Shown in pieces: positions 19,226-28,841 of a stretch of 64,000 nt of DNA. The notes beneath the pieces are model-generated. The model did no database searches. It worked only from the letters and a program-made list of their open reading frames with translations, and had not been told where the DNA came from. The translations under genes were made by a program, and so were the position numbers. How positions within the stretch are numbered: position 1 is the stretch's first letter; every line of letters begins with the position of its first letter. The DNA comes from Candidatus Latescibacterota bacterium (GTDB lineage Bacteria > Latescibacterota > UBA2968 > GCA-2709665), in assembly GCA_965248435.1 (NCBI GenBank), contig OZ252100.1, forward strand, positions 992,001 through 1,056,000, written 5' to 3'.

Positions 19226-21343
19226 TTAACCGTTAGTGGCAGCGCTCCATACAGAAACCCGGCTGTTACTTATCTGGGAGTAAAGATACTCGAAGTAGTT
19301 GATGTCAATCTTACGCCAACTCACAATACCACGAAGATTACCGCCGGGCTGGTAGGTAAGTAAGTCGTCTACCCTGGACGCGATTACAATCCGCTGATCC
19401 TTCTCGCCAACGAATGCAAAGTCCCAGCCTTGGTAGTCAGCCAGCTCTCCGCCAAGCATATCTAGACTGAACGCCCATAGCTTAAGCCTGGATGGGGACC
19501 CCGCAAGGAGGTGCTCGACCTGCGTCTTATATGAATCGACTGTTTCTTGCAGTTGGTCACGAGTATCAAAGATTATAGTTCGATGGATCCAAAGAGCATT
19601 GGAAAGCGGTTTGAGTGCAGAATTCTCTTCGAGGGCTAATAGCTGCTCCAAGTATTTGGGTTGGCAGACCGCACGGACCGGGCTATTGCTAAACGCGTGT
19701 GATGTTAAACCAAATACGTCCATGCATTCCACGCGGCCAGAACAAATGTCTTGAAACATGGTGACGCAATCCTGGATCTCATAATACTTCTCTAGCTGTT
19801 GCGGTATCGGAGCCAAATCTGGTTCACTAATTCTTCTCCATCCCGCACTCATGTCGGATGCGCCGATTGTAGACGGGCGACGTGCTATTTCGTCTAGAAT
19901 ATAGGGAGGAAATGTATCTTCATCACCTGGATACATCTGTTTCGTGTCGACACCAACAGAATAATGATTCAGAGCGAACAAGCCATCGTACTTAAGGGAT
20001 TCTGGGAGCGAAACTAACGACTGATAACACTCTGGGCACAATCCAGTTGGAATGTTCTGACGGACAATTGCCCAGACTTCACTGCCACGGTGACTCAGAG
20101 ATTCTATTTTGAGGGATCGAATATTCTTAACCGCAACTCGCTTTCTCTCTAGCTCCTCGGTCACCAACTTAGCGCCGCCCGACAGCACCCCAAAGAGCTT
20201 GGACACAAAGCCAACCTGTTTAACCAGGCCAAGTTTTTCCTCAATGTCCCTGGTCTCATTGACACTGAATTCTGAAGTACCGCCAACTTCGTGAGTCAAT
20301 CGCTGAATGATGCGACCATGTATCAGGGGACGTTCCTCATTATCGCTCAACGGCCTTTTCGTGAAATACAAAGCGACTGAATGACCGAACTTTCCAAAAA
20401 TCGATGACAGGCTGAAAAGAAGTGCACTCCCCACTAGAATCGGCAGAACAATTAGGATCAACCAAACGGAGTCAGTACTGGTGAGAAGTGAATAGAGGTC
20501 ATTTGGGTGGGTAACTGGTCTTGCTGCGAGAAAATCGATTCCAACGACATAGAACTTGTTACGAGCAATGGGAATCTTCTTGTAAAGCGTTCGAACCGCC
20601 GAGATTGAGCTCGTAAAGTCGTCGTACAGGAAGGTCAAGCCCATACTTTCGGGGATCTCTTGGCGATCGTCGGATTTTCCAGTTGCGGTCTTGTACCAGG
20701 GTCTGGTTCTTGGGTCGTACGGTACGTCGGAATTTCTCCAGAGGTCACTATTCCCTGGCCAAACGACAAACGTGCCGTTTTGTGATGCAATATACACCCA
20801 CGCTATTTGCAGAGAAGGAAAGGCTTCTTTGATGTTATCATCTAGACGAAGAATCTCGGCCATGCGATTCGAGTAGGCTGAGAACGACCGAGTTTGGGAC
20901 TCTTCCACTAGAAACCTTCTGCGTATCGCAGTGATGAACTGTGCAAACCTCCCGAGTTCATCATCAACATCATCGCCCTCACGCTGCCTCACGTAGGTAC
21001 CGAATTGATAGTTGACATCGATGGCCTGGAAATCAGAAGCAGTGGAATTCCAAGTGACATCTCCGTCAGCCACTTCCCAGCTTTGATCGCTCGCTCGTAT
21101 ATCTTTCTGCCAGCCGTCGACAGCGGTCTTTCTTACATCTAAAGTAAAGTCGTCGATGGCACTAGACAAACCGTCAAAGAGCGACATATCCGACCAGGCG
21201 TTGTTGTGCCATAACCAAAGCCTATCGGCTTGGCGAACGTATCCCTGGAGCGACACCAGTAAAAAAAACAGAAATACAAGGATAGACCCAGTCGCCGAGA
21301 GCCTCAAAATTTTCCGCCTGGCCACCCTTCGCACTCTATCCAT
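19226..21343 (-). CDS. Membrane-anchored dCache sensor protein with an unrecognised cytoplasmic domain
   Basis: TM helix; WVYIASQNGTFVVWPG, YDPRTRPWYK, LYDD, VVGIDF; second TM helix; start after AAGGAG. Confidence 0.75.
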   Translation of the reverse strand: MDRVRRVARRKILRLSATGSILVFLFFLLVSLQGYVRQADRLWLWHNNAWSDMSLFDGLSSAIDDFTLDVRKTAVDGWQKDIRASDQSWEVADGDVTWNSTASDFQAIDVNYQFGTYVRQREGDDVDDELGRFAQFITAIRRRFLVEESQTRSFSAYSNRMAEILRLDDNIKEAFPSLQIAWVYIASQNGTFVVWPGNSDLWRNSDVPYDPRTRPWYKTATGKSDDRQEIPESMGLTFLYDDFTSSISAVRTLYKKIPIARNKFYVVGIDFLAARPVTHPNDLYSLLTSTDSVWLILIVLPILVGSALLFSLSSIFGKFGHSVALYFTKRPLSDNEERPLIHGRIIQRLTHEVGGTSEFSVNETRDIEEKLGLVKQVGFVSKLFGVLSGGAKLVTEELERKRVAVKNIRSLKIESLSHRGSEVWAIVRQNIPTGLCPECYQSLVSLPESLKYDGLFALNHYSVGVDTKQMYPGDEDTFPPYILDEIARRPSTIGASDMSAGWRRISEPDLAPIPQQLEKYYEIQDCVTMFQDICSGRVECMDVFGLTSHAFSNSPVRAVCQPKYLEQLLALEENSALKPLSNALWIHRTIIFDTRDQLQETVDSYKTQVEHLLAGSPSRLKLWAFSLDMLGGELADYQGWDFAFVGEKDQRIVIASRVDDLLTYQPGGNLRGIVSWRKIDINYFEYLYSQISNSRVSVWSAATNG

Positions 21344-21529
21344 TGCTGCTCTCCTTTTAAACCTTCTGCATTCGGTTGTTGGCAACTCCGCGTTTACCGT
21401 ACCACTGGTTAACGTAACGGCACTTCGTCGACGCATCTTATGATGAATTCTAAATATCCGATCAATTTAATTGCTGAAACCATACCCTTACTTCTCAACA
21501 TCAAACGTCGCCTCACCAAGGGAAGCTAC

Positions 21530-22992
21530 TCAATTCGCTGGTCTGCAGTTGTGCTTTGTTTTTCCTGTTGGTGCTGGCCCCGTTCGTTTGTTCGCTTGGC
21601 CGATATGTCTTACAGCCCAGCAGTTGTTATCGTGGTAGAGGTTGCTGTTTTTGCTCCAGGTGAACGAGGGAGTTCCTTGAGGTGGTGGAGTGTTGTGGGT
21701 GAACCATATGGGCGCTGTCCAGGCGTCGTCGTTGAGGTCGTCGCGTTTCCTGTCTGATCCTCTTTCGCCGGTGTCGTTTATGGTAATGTCCGTTCCTTGG
21801 CCCTTTGGATTGTCTTTGCCGTTCTCTTCGGTGATGTGGAGATAGAGGTATTCTCCACTTACGACTGGCACAGGGATTGTGTGTTGTTACCTCCTCTTAG
21901 AATGTGCGTGTCCCAAGTACTTGCTTGTCGTCCGCCGATGCCGTCTGGGTCGCTGACGATGCTGACCGTGTAGGGACCTTCGTCTGTCGAATCTCCGTCT
22001 GAGCCTGTGCTTTGCCAGATCTTGACTAGAAGTTCAACGTCAGCTTCAGCTATTTGGAGGGGCACGGTATCTCCCATCCAGTACGTATTGCCGTTGTAGC
22101 GCGCCTGGAATGCCACGACGAGTTCATCGTCTTCAGTGGCGTAAGCTCTGTTTGCTTTGAATCCGTTCACAAGGCCTTGGAATGAGACCTCGTTGGCCCA
22201 TACGGCTGTTCGTGCCGCAGATACGGTTCCCCAGTTGGTTCGATGTGTGTCTTGGTTGGCTGAGGGTGCGATGTGAAATCCATAGTTGAGAAATCGTTTG
22301 TAGTAATTCTCCCATTGGGCGTCCCGGTGGACCTTGTCCTCGCTTTCCTTATCGGGCCCATTGAGGTGGCCTCCCGCGACGCTGGTGATGATTGAGATCG
22401 TTTTGATCACAGGGTCAGTTGCGCGCACGAAGGCTTGCGAGCTGTCATAGAGTGCGATTCCGAAGTTGCCTACTCGCCTATTCCTGTTTGATTTCCGCTT
22501 CCATCCATGAGGATGATTAAGTTGGACGAATTCCGCGTGTTGTTTTGCCCACTCGTAGAGATCATCGTAGTCTTTATCTTTGATCCTGTCCGGTGGCGGT
22601 GTCCTTGAGCCGAAAATGTTGAGGTGGTTGCCTGTTGCAGTGTTGCCCCACTCTATAGCCGGGACCGCCACGAACTCTCCCGCGTGGTCGCTGTTGTACT
22701 GCATGGCAACGTCATAGAGGAGCGTCTTGTATTCCTGCCGTGTCATGCTGAGCCTGTGAGAGCTATCAGTTGCTTTGTGGTGGTCAGTGATAGCCAGGAA
22801 GTCCAGGCCGTTTTGGTGGGCATAGGGGAATGCCTTGTCGGGGAGCATTTCGTCGCCAACATGCTTGATGTCATCTGAGAGTTTTGAGTGCGCATGTAGG
22901 TTTCCGAAGAGAACAACCTTGTCGTCATGGCTTGGCTTTTCCGCCCAAGCCGTCGTGCTCAGAGCGATGATGATGAACAATAGTCGCGTCAT
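21530..22992 (-). pseudogene. Secreted PHP-domain (CehA/McbA-like) metallohydrolase split by a frameshift
   Basis: Signal peptide, GNLHAHS, ITDH, NHP, QDTH in 21859-22992; the expected C-terminal YLYLHI..DAWTAPIW is in the overlapping frame 21530-21871. Confidence 0.7.
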
Positions 22993-23083
22993 GGATTCCT
23001 CCTCTGTCTATTAGGATTGGCGTAGATGTGGAGAATTGAGCTTGCTTCTGGATTCAACCTTGTTTCACGTCTCAGTCAGGAAT

Positions 23084-23307
23084 AAAAAAAACCCAGAGGC
23101 TGTCCTGCCATCTAGGACGCATCTGGGTTTCATGAAAAGCACCTACATAGGCGACGATTCCTCCCCGGCAGAAACCTTGCCTCACCACACAGAGTGCGCT
23201 CAGTCTAAATCGTCATAGACCGGATTGGCTCCGCGGAATACCATTTGAAATCTGGATTCCGGACGCCGCCAAACTTAAATTTGCAACTGTTTCCCCAGTT
23301 TTGTCAA
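23084..23307 (-). promoter_or_regulatory. Promoter, structured leader and terminator unit, copy A
   Basis: TTGACA at 23307-23302; GGCGGCG/CGTCGCC closing stem; terminator ACCCAGA...TCTGGGT plus T-run; homologous to 28663-28841. Confidence 0.75.
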
Positions 23308-23388
23308 AGCTTTTTTTGATTGTGTCATAGATGAGGCTTCTAACTGAACTCCGGACATATTCGGGATCCCCTCCGGGAGAGGTGAGTC

Positions 23389-23542
23389 TCATCCGTAGCG
23401 ACCCGCCTGAGTGGCGAACATTTCAGCATATCGGCCTCCGTGGTTGACTAGCTCCTCGTGGGAACCCTGTTCAATCAACCTGCCTTTGTGCAAGACCAAG
23501 ATATGGTCGGCCATCCGAACCGTTGAGAATCGATGCGAAACC
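23389..23542 (-). pseudogene. 3' remnant of an ABC transporter ATP-binding gene
   Basis: Translates as VSHRFSTVRMADHILVLHKGRLIEQGSHEELVNHGGRYAEMFATQAGRYG* with no upstream portion. Confidence 0.85.
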
Positions 23543-23715
23543 TTCAGAAAGGAGCCCACGGCCAGGGCTCTACTGAAAGACCGAGGACAACTGTGATGGA
23601 GTCTCCTCTCGGGAAGGGTTTCTGAGAAGCCACAAACACGTTATAGAGAGCAACCAGCCGAGCCGTCCCCTCGACGAAGACCTTAAGGCGTGACCAGCTT
23701 AAGAACAGTTAGCGA

Positions 23716-25413
23716 TCAAACGACCAAGCGAACGAATGAAGGTACTCCGGTTCCAAGTTTTCCTCGCAAAAGCAATCTTGCAAGACGTAGTCCTGCTTTA
23801 AGCCAACCAAGAGGTGGGGTAAGGAGCTCGACTACCAATGGAATCGCTCTGGAGAGAAAAACAGATGTTTCGAGAAAAGCTCCAGCCGTGGCGTCGATTT
23901 TCTTAACGTGCGACCCGATGTCCTCTTGGTTGAGAGTGTTCTCGATCCTACTCACTGCATCAAAGTCAAAATCGAAGTCGGTGGTGAGCCCTGCCGTGGT
24001 GATGATCCGCTTCCCAAAAATGAATCTGATCGCGGTCCTAAAAGTCTCATACGCTTCTTTGATCTCAGCAATCAGCGATTTCGCTCCGTTCTTTACCCAC
24101 CGAAAGAAATCATGGATCGCGGATAGGACGGCCGAGATTCCTTGCTTGATTACCTGGGCAATCTTCCCGAAGAACGCTCTCAGCCCACCCCAGAATCCAC
24201 GTCCGTTCCTGGTCTTCCTCTTGTGTTTCCTTTGTTTAGCCTCCTCGACGAGTTCCTCGTCGATTAGATCGCTCAGGCCAACGTAGAAACCATTCCGGTC
24301 GGGGGCCCGTATCCCTTCTGCAATCGAATCAATCTCTCTCGAGATGGAAGTTCTTCTCCCGTACACAGCATCTACACTCTGAAAGACGGAACCGAAAAAG
24401 AATTTTGCATTAATAGCCCAGTGATTCCTACTGAGCTTTATGAGAAAGGACTTCTCATCTACGACGGGGGACGTTTGGTTGTAATTGACCATCTGTGCGA
24501 AATGCTCAATTGCTTGGTGACTCAAGCTCCCCATGTCATTATCGAGTTTTCCAACATATGTACCCTGAAGCCACAGCCTAAGCTGCACGAGCCTAATGAC
24601 CAACCTATTGACTTCGTCCTCTTCGAAAGCCCGTACTTCGTCAAATTCGCCTCCTCGCAAACCTCTCTGAGTTCTTCTTCTTACGGGACTGTTTGGGATC
24701 TTTCTGAGTATGTATCTGGTTGCCTTGTCGATCAGAGGCACGACAGAGCGATTCGCTTTTTGAGGGAGGAGTTCGAATGACTCAGAGAGGAGTTTTCTGA
24801 CATTGCGGTACTTCCCTACTTCAGACCAGTCCGATCTCTGGAAGAACACCACCCCGAAATAGCTACTCCCTTCAAATTCGTCCATCTCGTTGATTCGTCT
24901 GATGAGTGAAACGACATCTCCAGCTAGTTCGATGACCCGACTAAGAGATCGTACGGACAACCAACCTTTTAGTTTCGCAAGTGCGGATTCTGCACTCTCG
25001 GTAACGACTGGCCCAGCCTTTTCTGGCACTATTGACAGAGCGCTGAGTCGGTAGGCTAGAATGCGAGAGAGGATTCTGTCGCCTGATATCTCCGAAAGCG
25101 AGAATTGGTGAAGAGCGAACTCATTTTCCAAGGAGCTGATGCGCCCAAGGAATGCGACTTCCTCTGGTGAGAGAAAGGGTGATTCGACAGTCGCCGGCTT
25201 CGGTTCGATGATCGTGGCTGAGAGATCTGACCGGAATTCGACAATGCCCTCCGCGACCTCCGCAGGCGATGGTCGTTGGTCCGAATTCTGGTAGATATCG
25301 ATGTATCCCAGATAGTCCAGAAGTTCTTCGGATTCATCCTGCTGTACGTCTTCAAATCGACCAGTTGTAAGCCCCTGAAAAATCTCTGAATCGAATGTAT
25401 CCAGGATGCTCAT
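23716..25413 (-). CDS. Hypothetical protein with peptidoglycan-binding-like segments and an amphipathic C-terminus
   Basis: 565-aa ORF; RLVQLRLWLQGTYVGKLDNDMGSLSHQAIEHF resembles the PG_binding_1 pattern. Confidence 0.6.
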   Translation of the reverse strand: MSILDTFDSEIFQGLTTGRFEDVQQDESEELLDYLGYIDIYQNSDQRPSPAEVAEGIVEFRSDLSATIIEPKPATVESPFLSPEEVAFLGRISSLENEFALHQFSLSEISGDRILSRILAYRLSALSIVPEKAGPVVTESAESALAKLKGWLSVRSLSRVIELAGDVVSLIRRINEMDEFEGSSYFGVVFFQRSDWSEVGKYRNVRKLLSESFELLPQKANRSVVPLIDKATRYILRKIPNSPVRRRTQRGLRGGEFDEVRAFEEDEVNRLVIRLVQLRLWLQGTYVGKLDNDMGSLSHQAIEHFAQMVNYNQTSPVVDEKSFLIKLSRNHWAINAKFFFGSVFQSVDAVYGRRTSISREIDSIAEGIRAPDRNGFYVGLSDLIDEELVEEAKQRKHKRKTRNGRGFWGGLRAFFGKIAQVIKQGISAVLSAIHDFFRWVKNGAKSLIAEIKEAYETFRTAIRFIFGKRIITTAGLTTDFDFDFDAVSRIENTLNQEDIGSHVKKIDATAGAFLETSVFLSRAIPLVVELLTPPLGWLKAGLRLARLLLRGKLGTGVPSFVRLVV

Positions 25414-25643
25414 AGGCGAGACCTAAATTTCATGGTGATTCTCACGAAACGAATCAAACTCAGGCCGAAATCCCTCACAGAATCAGGCAATCTGTCAGGA
25501 ACACGAAGATCGTTCTCGTCTAAGACGATATCTGGTTGCGATGCTGGGAGAACTGCCCTGATCCTCGAGAAAATGTCTCTGTTACTCAGTCCCTCTATAG
25601 AGAGCCTCACTTGCCCGGAAAAGAAATAGAACCTTACGATCAC
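25410..25643 (-). CDS. Small hypothetical protein
   Basis: 77 aa; ATGA overlap with the downstream gene. Confidence 0.5.
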   Translation of the reverse strand: MIVRFYFFSGQVRLSIEGLSNRDIFSRIRAVLPASQPDIVLDENDLRVPDRLPDSVRDFGLSLIRFVRITMKFRSRL

Positions 25644-25664
25644 TCTTCTGTCAGCGCCTTTAGA

Positions 25665-26213
25665 TCAACCTAATCTGAGTAGCTTCATAACCGTATCGAA
25701 TAGTGCCTTCCGGGATTCCTGCGACGCGGCAACTAGCTCCTTGTGGAAGGCCGCAAGATCCCTTAGAGATTCGTTGTTGTTGACGTAATGAATAGAATCT
25801 CCTTCGATTTCAAACCGAGAGTATGCAACCAGCTGCACATTGGCGCCTCCAAGGATATCTTGCATCTTTGAGAAAGTGTCCTTGGGATCGTACAAACCTA
25901 AGGCCATCTCTATATCCTTCACTATCTTCTGCTGCGTCTTAACGGCGGATTTCAGGCTCTTTATCTTGCTCTTCCTATCGGCCTTCTCAGTCTCATCATC
26001 GGGATCCTGGAGAGGAGTCGCAATTGTCGTGACGAGATCTCCCCTGAGACGATCCAGTTCTTGTGTCTGTGCGTCCACTTTATCCTGATCCGCTTGTGGT
26101 AGGGGTTGTTTGGCGAGACTTACTGGTACTTCTCCAACATTCGTCAAGGTCGCGACCTCAAGGCTAACAAGGTCTTCTGCCACGTCCTTCAGATAGTCGA
26201 GCACTCCGGGCAT
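25665..26213 (-). CDS. Hypothetical protein, paralogue of 26249-26488 with a coiled-coil insert
   Basis: DLVSLEVAT...VAYSRFEIEGDS...FHKELVAASQESRKALF; start after AGGTGG. Confidence 0.7.
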   Translation of the reverse strand: MPGVLDYLKDVAEDLVSLEVATLTNVGEVPVSLAKQPLPQADQDKVDAQTQELDRLRGDLVTTIATPLQDPDDETEKADRKSKIKSLKSAVKTQQKIVKDIEMALGLYDPKDTFSKMQDILGGANVQLVAYSRFEIEGDSIHYVNNNESLRDLAAFHKELVAASQESRKALFDTVMKLLRLG

Positions 26214-26248
26214 CTGGATTCCACCTTTCTTACAGATGTGTGGACGGC

Positions 26249-26488
26249 TTAGGTTAGTGAAGCTATCAGAGAAAGAACTGCAAGTTTGCACTTCTGAGCG
26301 GCAACGGTCTGTGACAGGTGGAGCTTCAGAACTGATGACAACTCACTATCGGGTAAAGTTGGCAACCAGCTCAACGAATCCGCCTCGATCTCAGTTTTCG
26401 TGTAGGCGAGGACGGCCTGATCAACGGCTACAGCAGTTTCCGTTGATGTCAAGTCAGATACGAGAGCATTAAGCTGTTCCATGAGCAT
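26249..26488 (-). CDS. Small hypothetical protein, paralogue of 25665-26213
   Basis: DLTSTETAV...LAYTKTEIEADS...LHLSQTVAAQKCKLAVL; GGAG upstream. Confidence 0.7.
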   Translation of the reverse strand: MLMEQLNALVSDLTSTETAVAVDQAVLAYTKTEIEADSLSWLPTLPDSELSSVLKLHLSQTVAAQKCKLAVLSLIASLT

Positions 26489-26512
26489 AGAAGATCTCCC
26501 AGGGTGGGTTAG

Positions 26513-26692
26513 TTAGAACGAGCGAATCACGACGCTGACACGTATTGCGTGGTGCTGGAGGGGGAGGCAGCGGTCCCCCAGCTGGGTGTAGTAAGGCCTC
26601 GAAATTCCCATCCTCTCAGCCAAGTCTTGGGCCCTTAACCCTCGCTTTTCCCTACATTTCCGGATCCTACTCCTGATTTGGCTCAGAATCAT
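26513..26692 (-). pseudogene. Truncated XRE-family HTH regulator
   Basis: RIRKCREKRGLRAQDLAERMGISRPYYTQL, after which the similarity stops; inverted repeat AATGTAAC/GCTACATT upstream at 26743-26763. Confidence 0.7.
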
Positions 26693-27052
26693 AAATTCAC
26701 CCCCATTTCTCAGTATGGATGATTTACTTGCGAACTCTACTGAATGTAACACATTGCTACATTAGTCAAGAGAAATCAACGGGGCAGCCCGAATGCGAGC
26801 CGGCCCATCAATGTGGCCTGAAACAAGAACCCTAATTAGGAGATAGTGAAATGAGCACCGTATCTATTGAAGCTCTTCACCGTGCCAGTCGATGCCGCCA
26901 CAAAGGCTGAAGCATATTATCGCGAAATCTGGGCGAACTGGCTGGATGGCCCGCTCCAGCTTGTCGTGGCCCATTTGGAATTGTCCTATTTCAGGTTGCT
27001 AAGCAGCTGCATCCTCTTCCTCACATTCGGCACAATTGGCTTAACCCATCTA

Positions 27053-28468
27053 TCACAAATTGAGGAAATAGGAAAGGACTGTGAATTGCGACAGTCTCAG
27101 ATGTCCGTCTTCTTCGACCCACTGATTCTCGGAGAAATCTTGAACATAAATCCAAATTCTCTTCTTCCTCGTGAGCCGATCAATCACTCCGAAGGCGAGG
27201 CGTCTTGCTCCCTCAGCGAATTCGTTACGTATCCTATTCGCCGTGCCCCCGTCCAAAACGTCATCCCATAGGTTGTGTAGATCCACGTCCGCATCAAACC
27301 TGGCCCATGCCGCGGTATACTCAATACGACCATTGATGGCGCCCAACAAGAATGTTACGGTAAGGAGCATGTTCTCCATATTACCATGACGCGCTCCGCC
27401 GCTAAGACCCCCACCGGAACATATCGGTTCAAACTCTGGGCCGTTTTCCTCAAAGAGGAACTGCGCGACCATATACCGTTCGCCTGAAAGCGAGAACCTT
27501 GGATGCGTGCCTCGATTCTCGTCCAATGAGGCGCTCGTCTCCTCTTCTACCGGGTCGATTGAATTAACGTCGAGAATCCCAGTTTTTCTAAAATTAGGCA
27601 CATTGTCAGGACATCTAGGATCGTCAGAATTGTCTCCACATCTTGGGTCGTCTGCTCCATAGCAACGTGGGTTGTATTGGGCTGTAAAATTGCCACGATT
27701 TCCAAGTGTCTCGGTCCAGCTATTGTCCTCACCATGGCTAATGTGAATCTTTATGCTTTCAAACACCCGGCGCATTCCCGCCACAGGACTGCCGTCGTAT
27801 ATTGTCAGGGGTTCATCCCACCAAGTGGGCGGGAGAGTAACTGTCTCTATGGGGACCGGACTTGGGTAGCAGATCTTAACGGTGTGAAGTTTCTCATCCT
27901 CCTCGCTAGTTCTTGGACGCATATCTGTAACCACGACTTTCCACCAACCCTTTGGATCTGATTCAGTGAGGCTGTGGGAAAGCTCTGCCAAACCAAGGGA
28001 ACGATCGAGTTCTGCGTCAAAAGCCCTGCTGGCAACGCGGCTCATACCTCCGTTCCCGTCAGGCCTGAACAACTGGATCCTTCGTGGGGTCTGCTCCTCG
28101 CGACTAAGAGCTCCTGTTGATCCAAGCTCTACCAGAGTCGTCGCAGCCCGGGATTCGATGGAGACAATACCACAAGTGGCTACGGGAAATCTGACCTCCA
28201 TGGACCCTCCTTCGCTGAGGTCCGCACTTCCATTCAGACAGGATCGCACCCATCTTCGACCGTCGCAGGTGAGCATATCGCTTGTTGAATCCGGGTGTCG
28301 GATCAACACCAGTGACACTTCGCCGGTCAAATGCCCTTCCTCAGCACCCAGCTGGTCGTCCTTTCTGTTGAAAAATGCCTCCTGTTTCGGAGACTGACAT
28401 CCCACTAAAGCCGCAACAACGACAAATGGGATGCCTTTTCCAATTACCAACAGACATATTCTATTCAT
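27053..28468 (-). CDS. Hypothetical lipoprotein
   Basis: Lipobox-like AALVGC; internal (N/D)PRC x3 repeat. Confidence 0.65.
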   Translation of the reverse strand: MNRICLLVIGKGIPFVVVAALVGCQSPKQEAFFNRKDDQLGAEEGHLTGEVSLVLIRHPDSTSDMLTCDGRRWVRSCLNGSADLSEGGSMEVRFPVATCGIVSIESRAATTLVELGSTGALSREEQTPRRIQLFRPDGNGGMSRVASRAFDAELDRSLGLAELSHSLTESDPKGWWKVVVTDMRPRTSEEDEKLHTVKICYPSPVPIETVTLPPTWWDEPLTIYDGSPVAGMRRVFESIKIHISHGEDNSWTETLGNRGNFTAQYNPRCYGADDPRCGDNSDDPRCPDNVPNFRKTGILDVNSIDPVEEETSASLDENRGTHPRFSLSGERYMVAQFLFEENGPEFEPICSGGGLSGGARHGNMENMLLTVTFLLGAINGRIEYTAAWARFDADVDLHNLWDDVLDGGTANRIRNEFAEGARRLAFGVIDRLTRKKRIWIYVQDFSENQWVEEDGHLRLSQFTVLSYFLNL

Positions 28469-28662
28469 GAGGCTATCTCTTTTTTGATGGAGCGAGCACA
28501 TCTAACGGACCGGGCACTGGCACACCGCGCTGGCGGGTAGCGCTGGGGCCCGGGTGCCCGCCGACTCAGTGCTTCGCTCACTACTTGCCAGATTTTCTCC
28601 AAAATCGGTTCTTTACTGAGTGAGGCGCCAAAACCGACCGGCCTGCTTATGTATTCTGAAAC

Positions 28663-28841
28663 AAAAAACCCAGAAGGCAATCCCGTGATCCGGAACGCAT
28701 CTGGGTTCACTAAAAGCCCTACATAGGCGGCGATCCCTCCCGACAAACTTACACGTTTCCGCTACCACAGAATCCCGACTTTATATCAGGATTCCGGACG
28801 CCGCCGAGTTCAATTTGCAACTGTTTCCCCAGTCTTGTCAA
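28663..28841 (-). promoter_or_regulatory. Promoter, structured leader and terminator unit, copy B
   Basis: TTGACA at 28841-28836; GGCGGCG/CGCCGCC stem; GGAATCC/GGATTCT hairpin; terminator plus T-run; homologous to copy A. Confidence 0.75.

Noticed and set aside
23084-23307. c-di-AMP, c-di-GMP, T-box or ZTP identity for the duplicated leader
   Set aside because: Only isolated words match (GAATCC, GTGGT, CCGGGGAG); the order and remaining conserved blocks do not.
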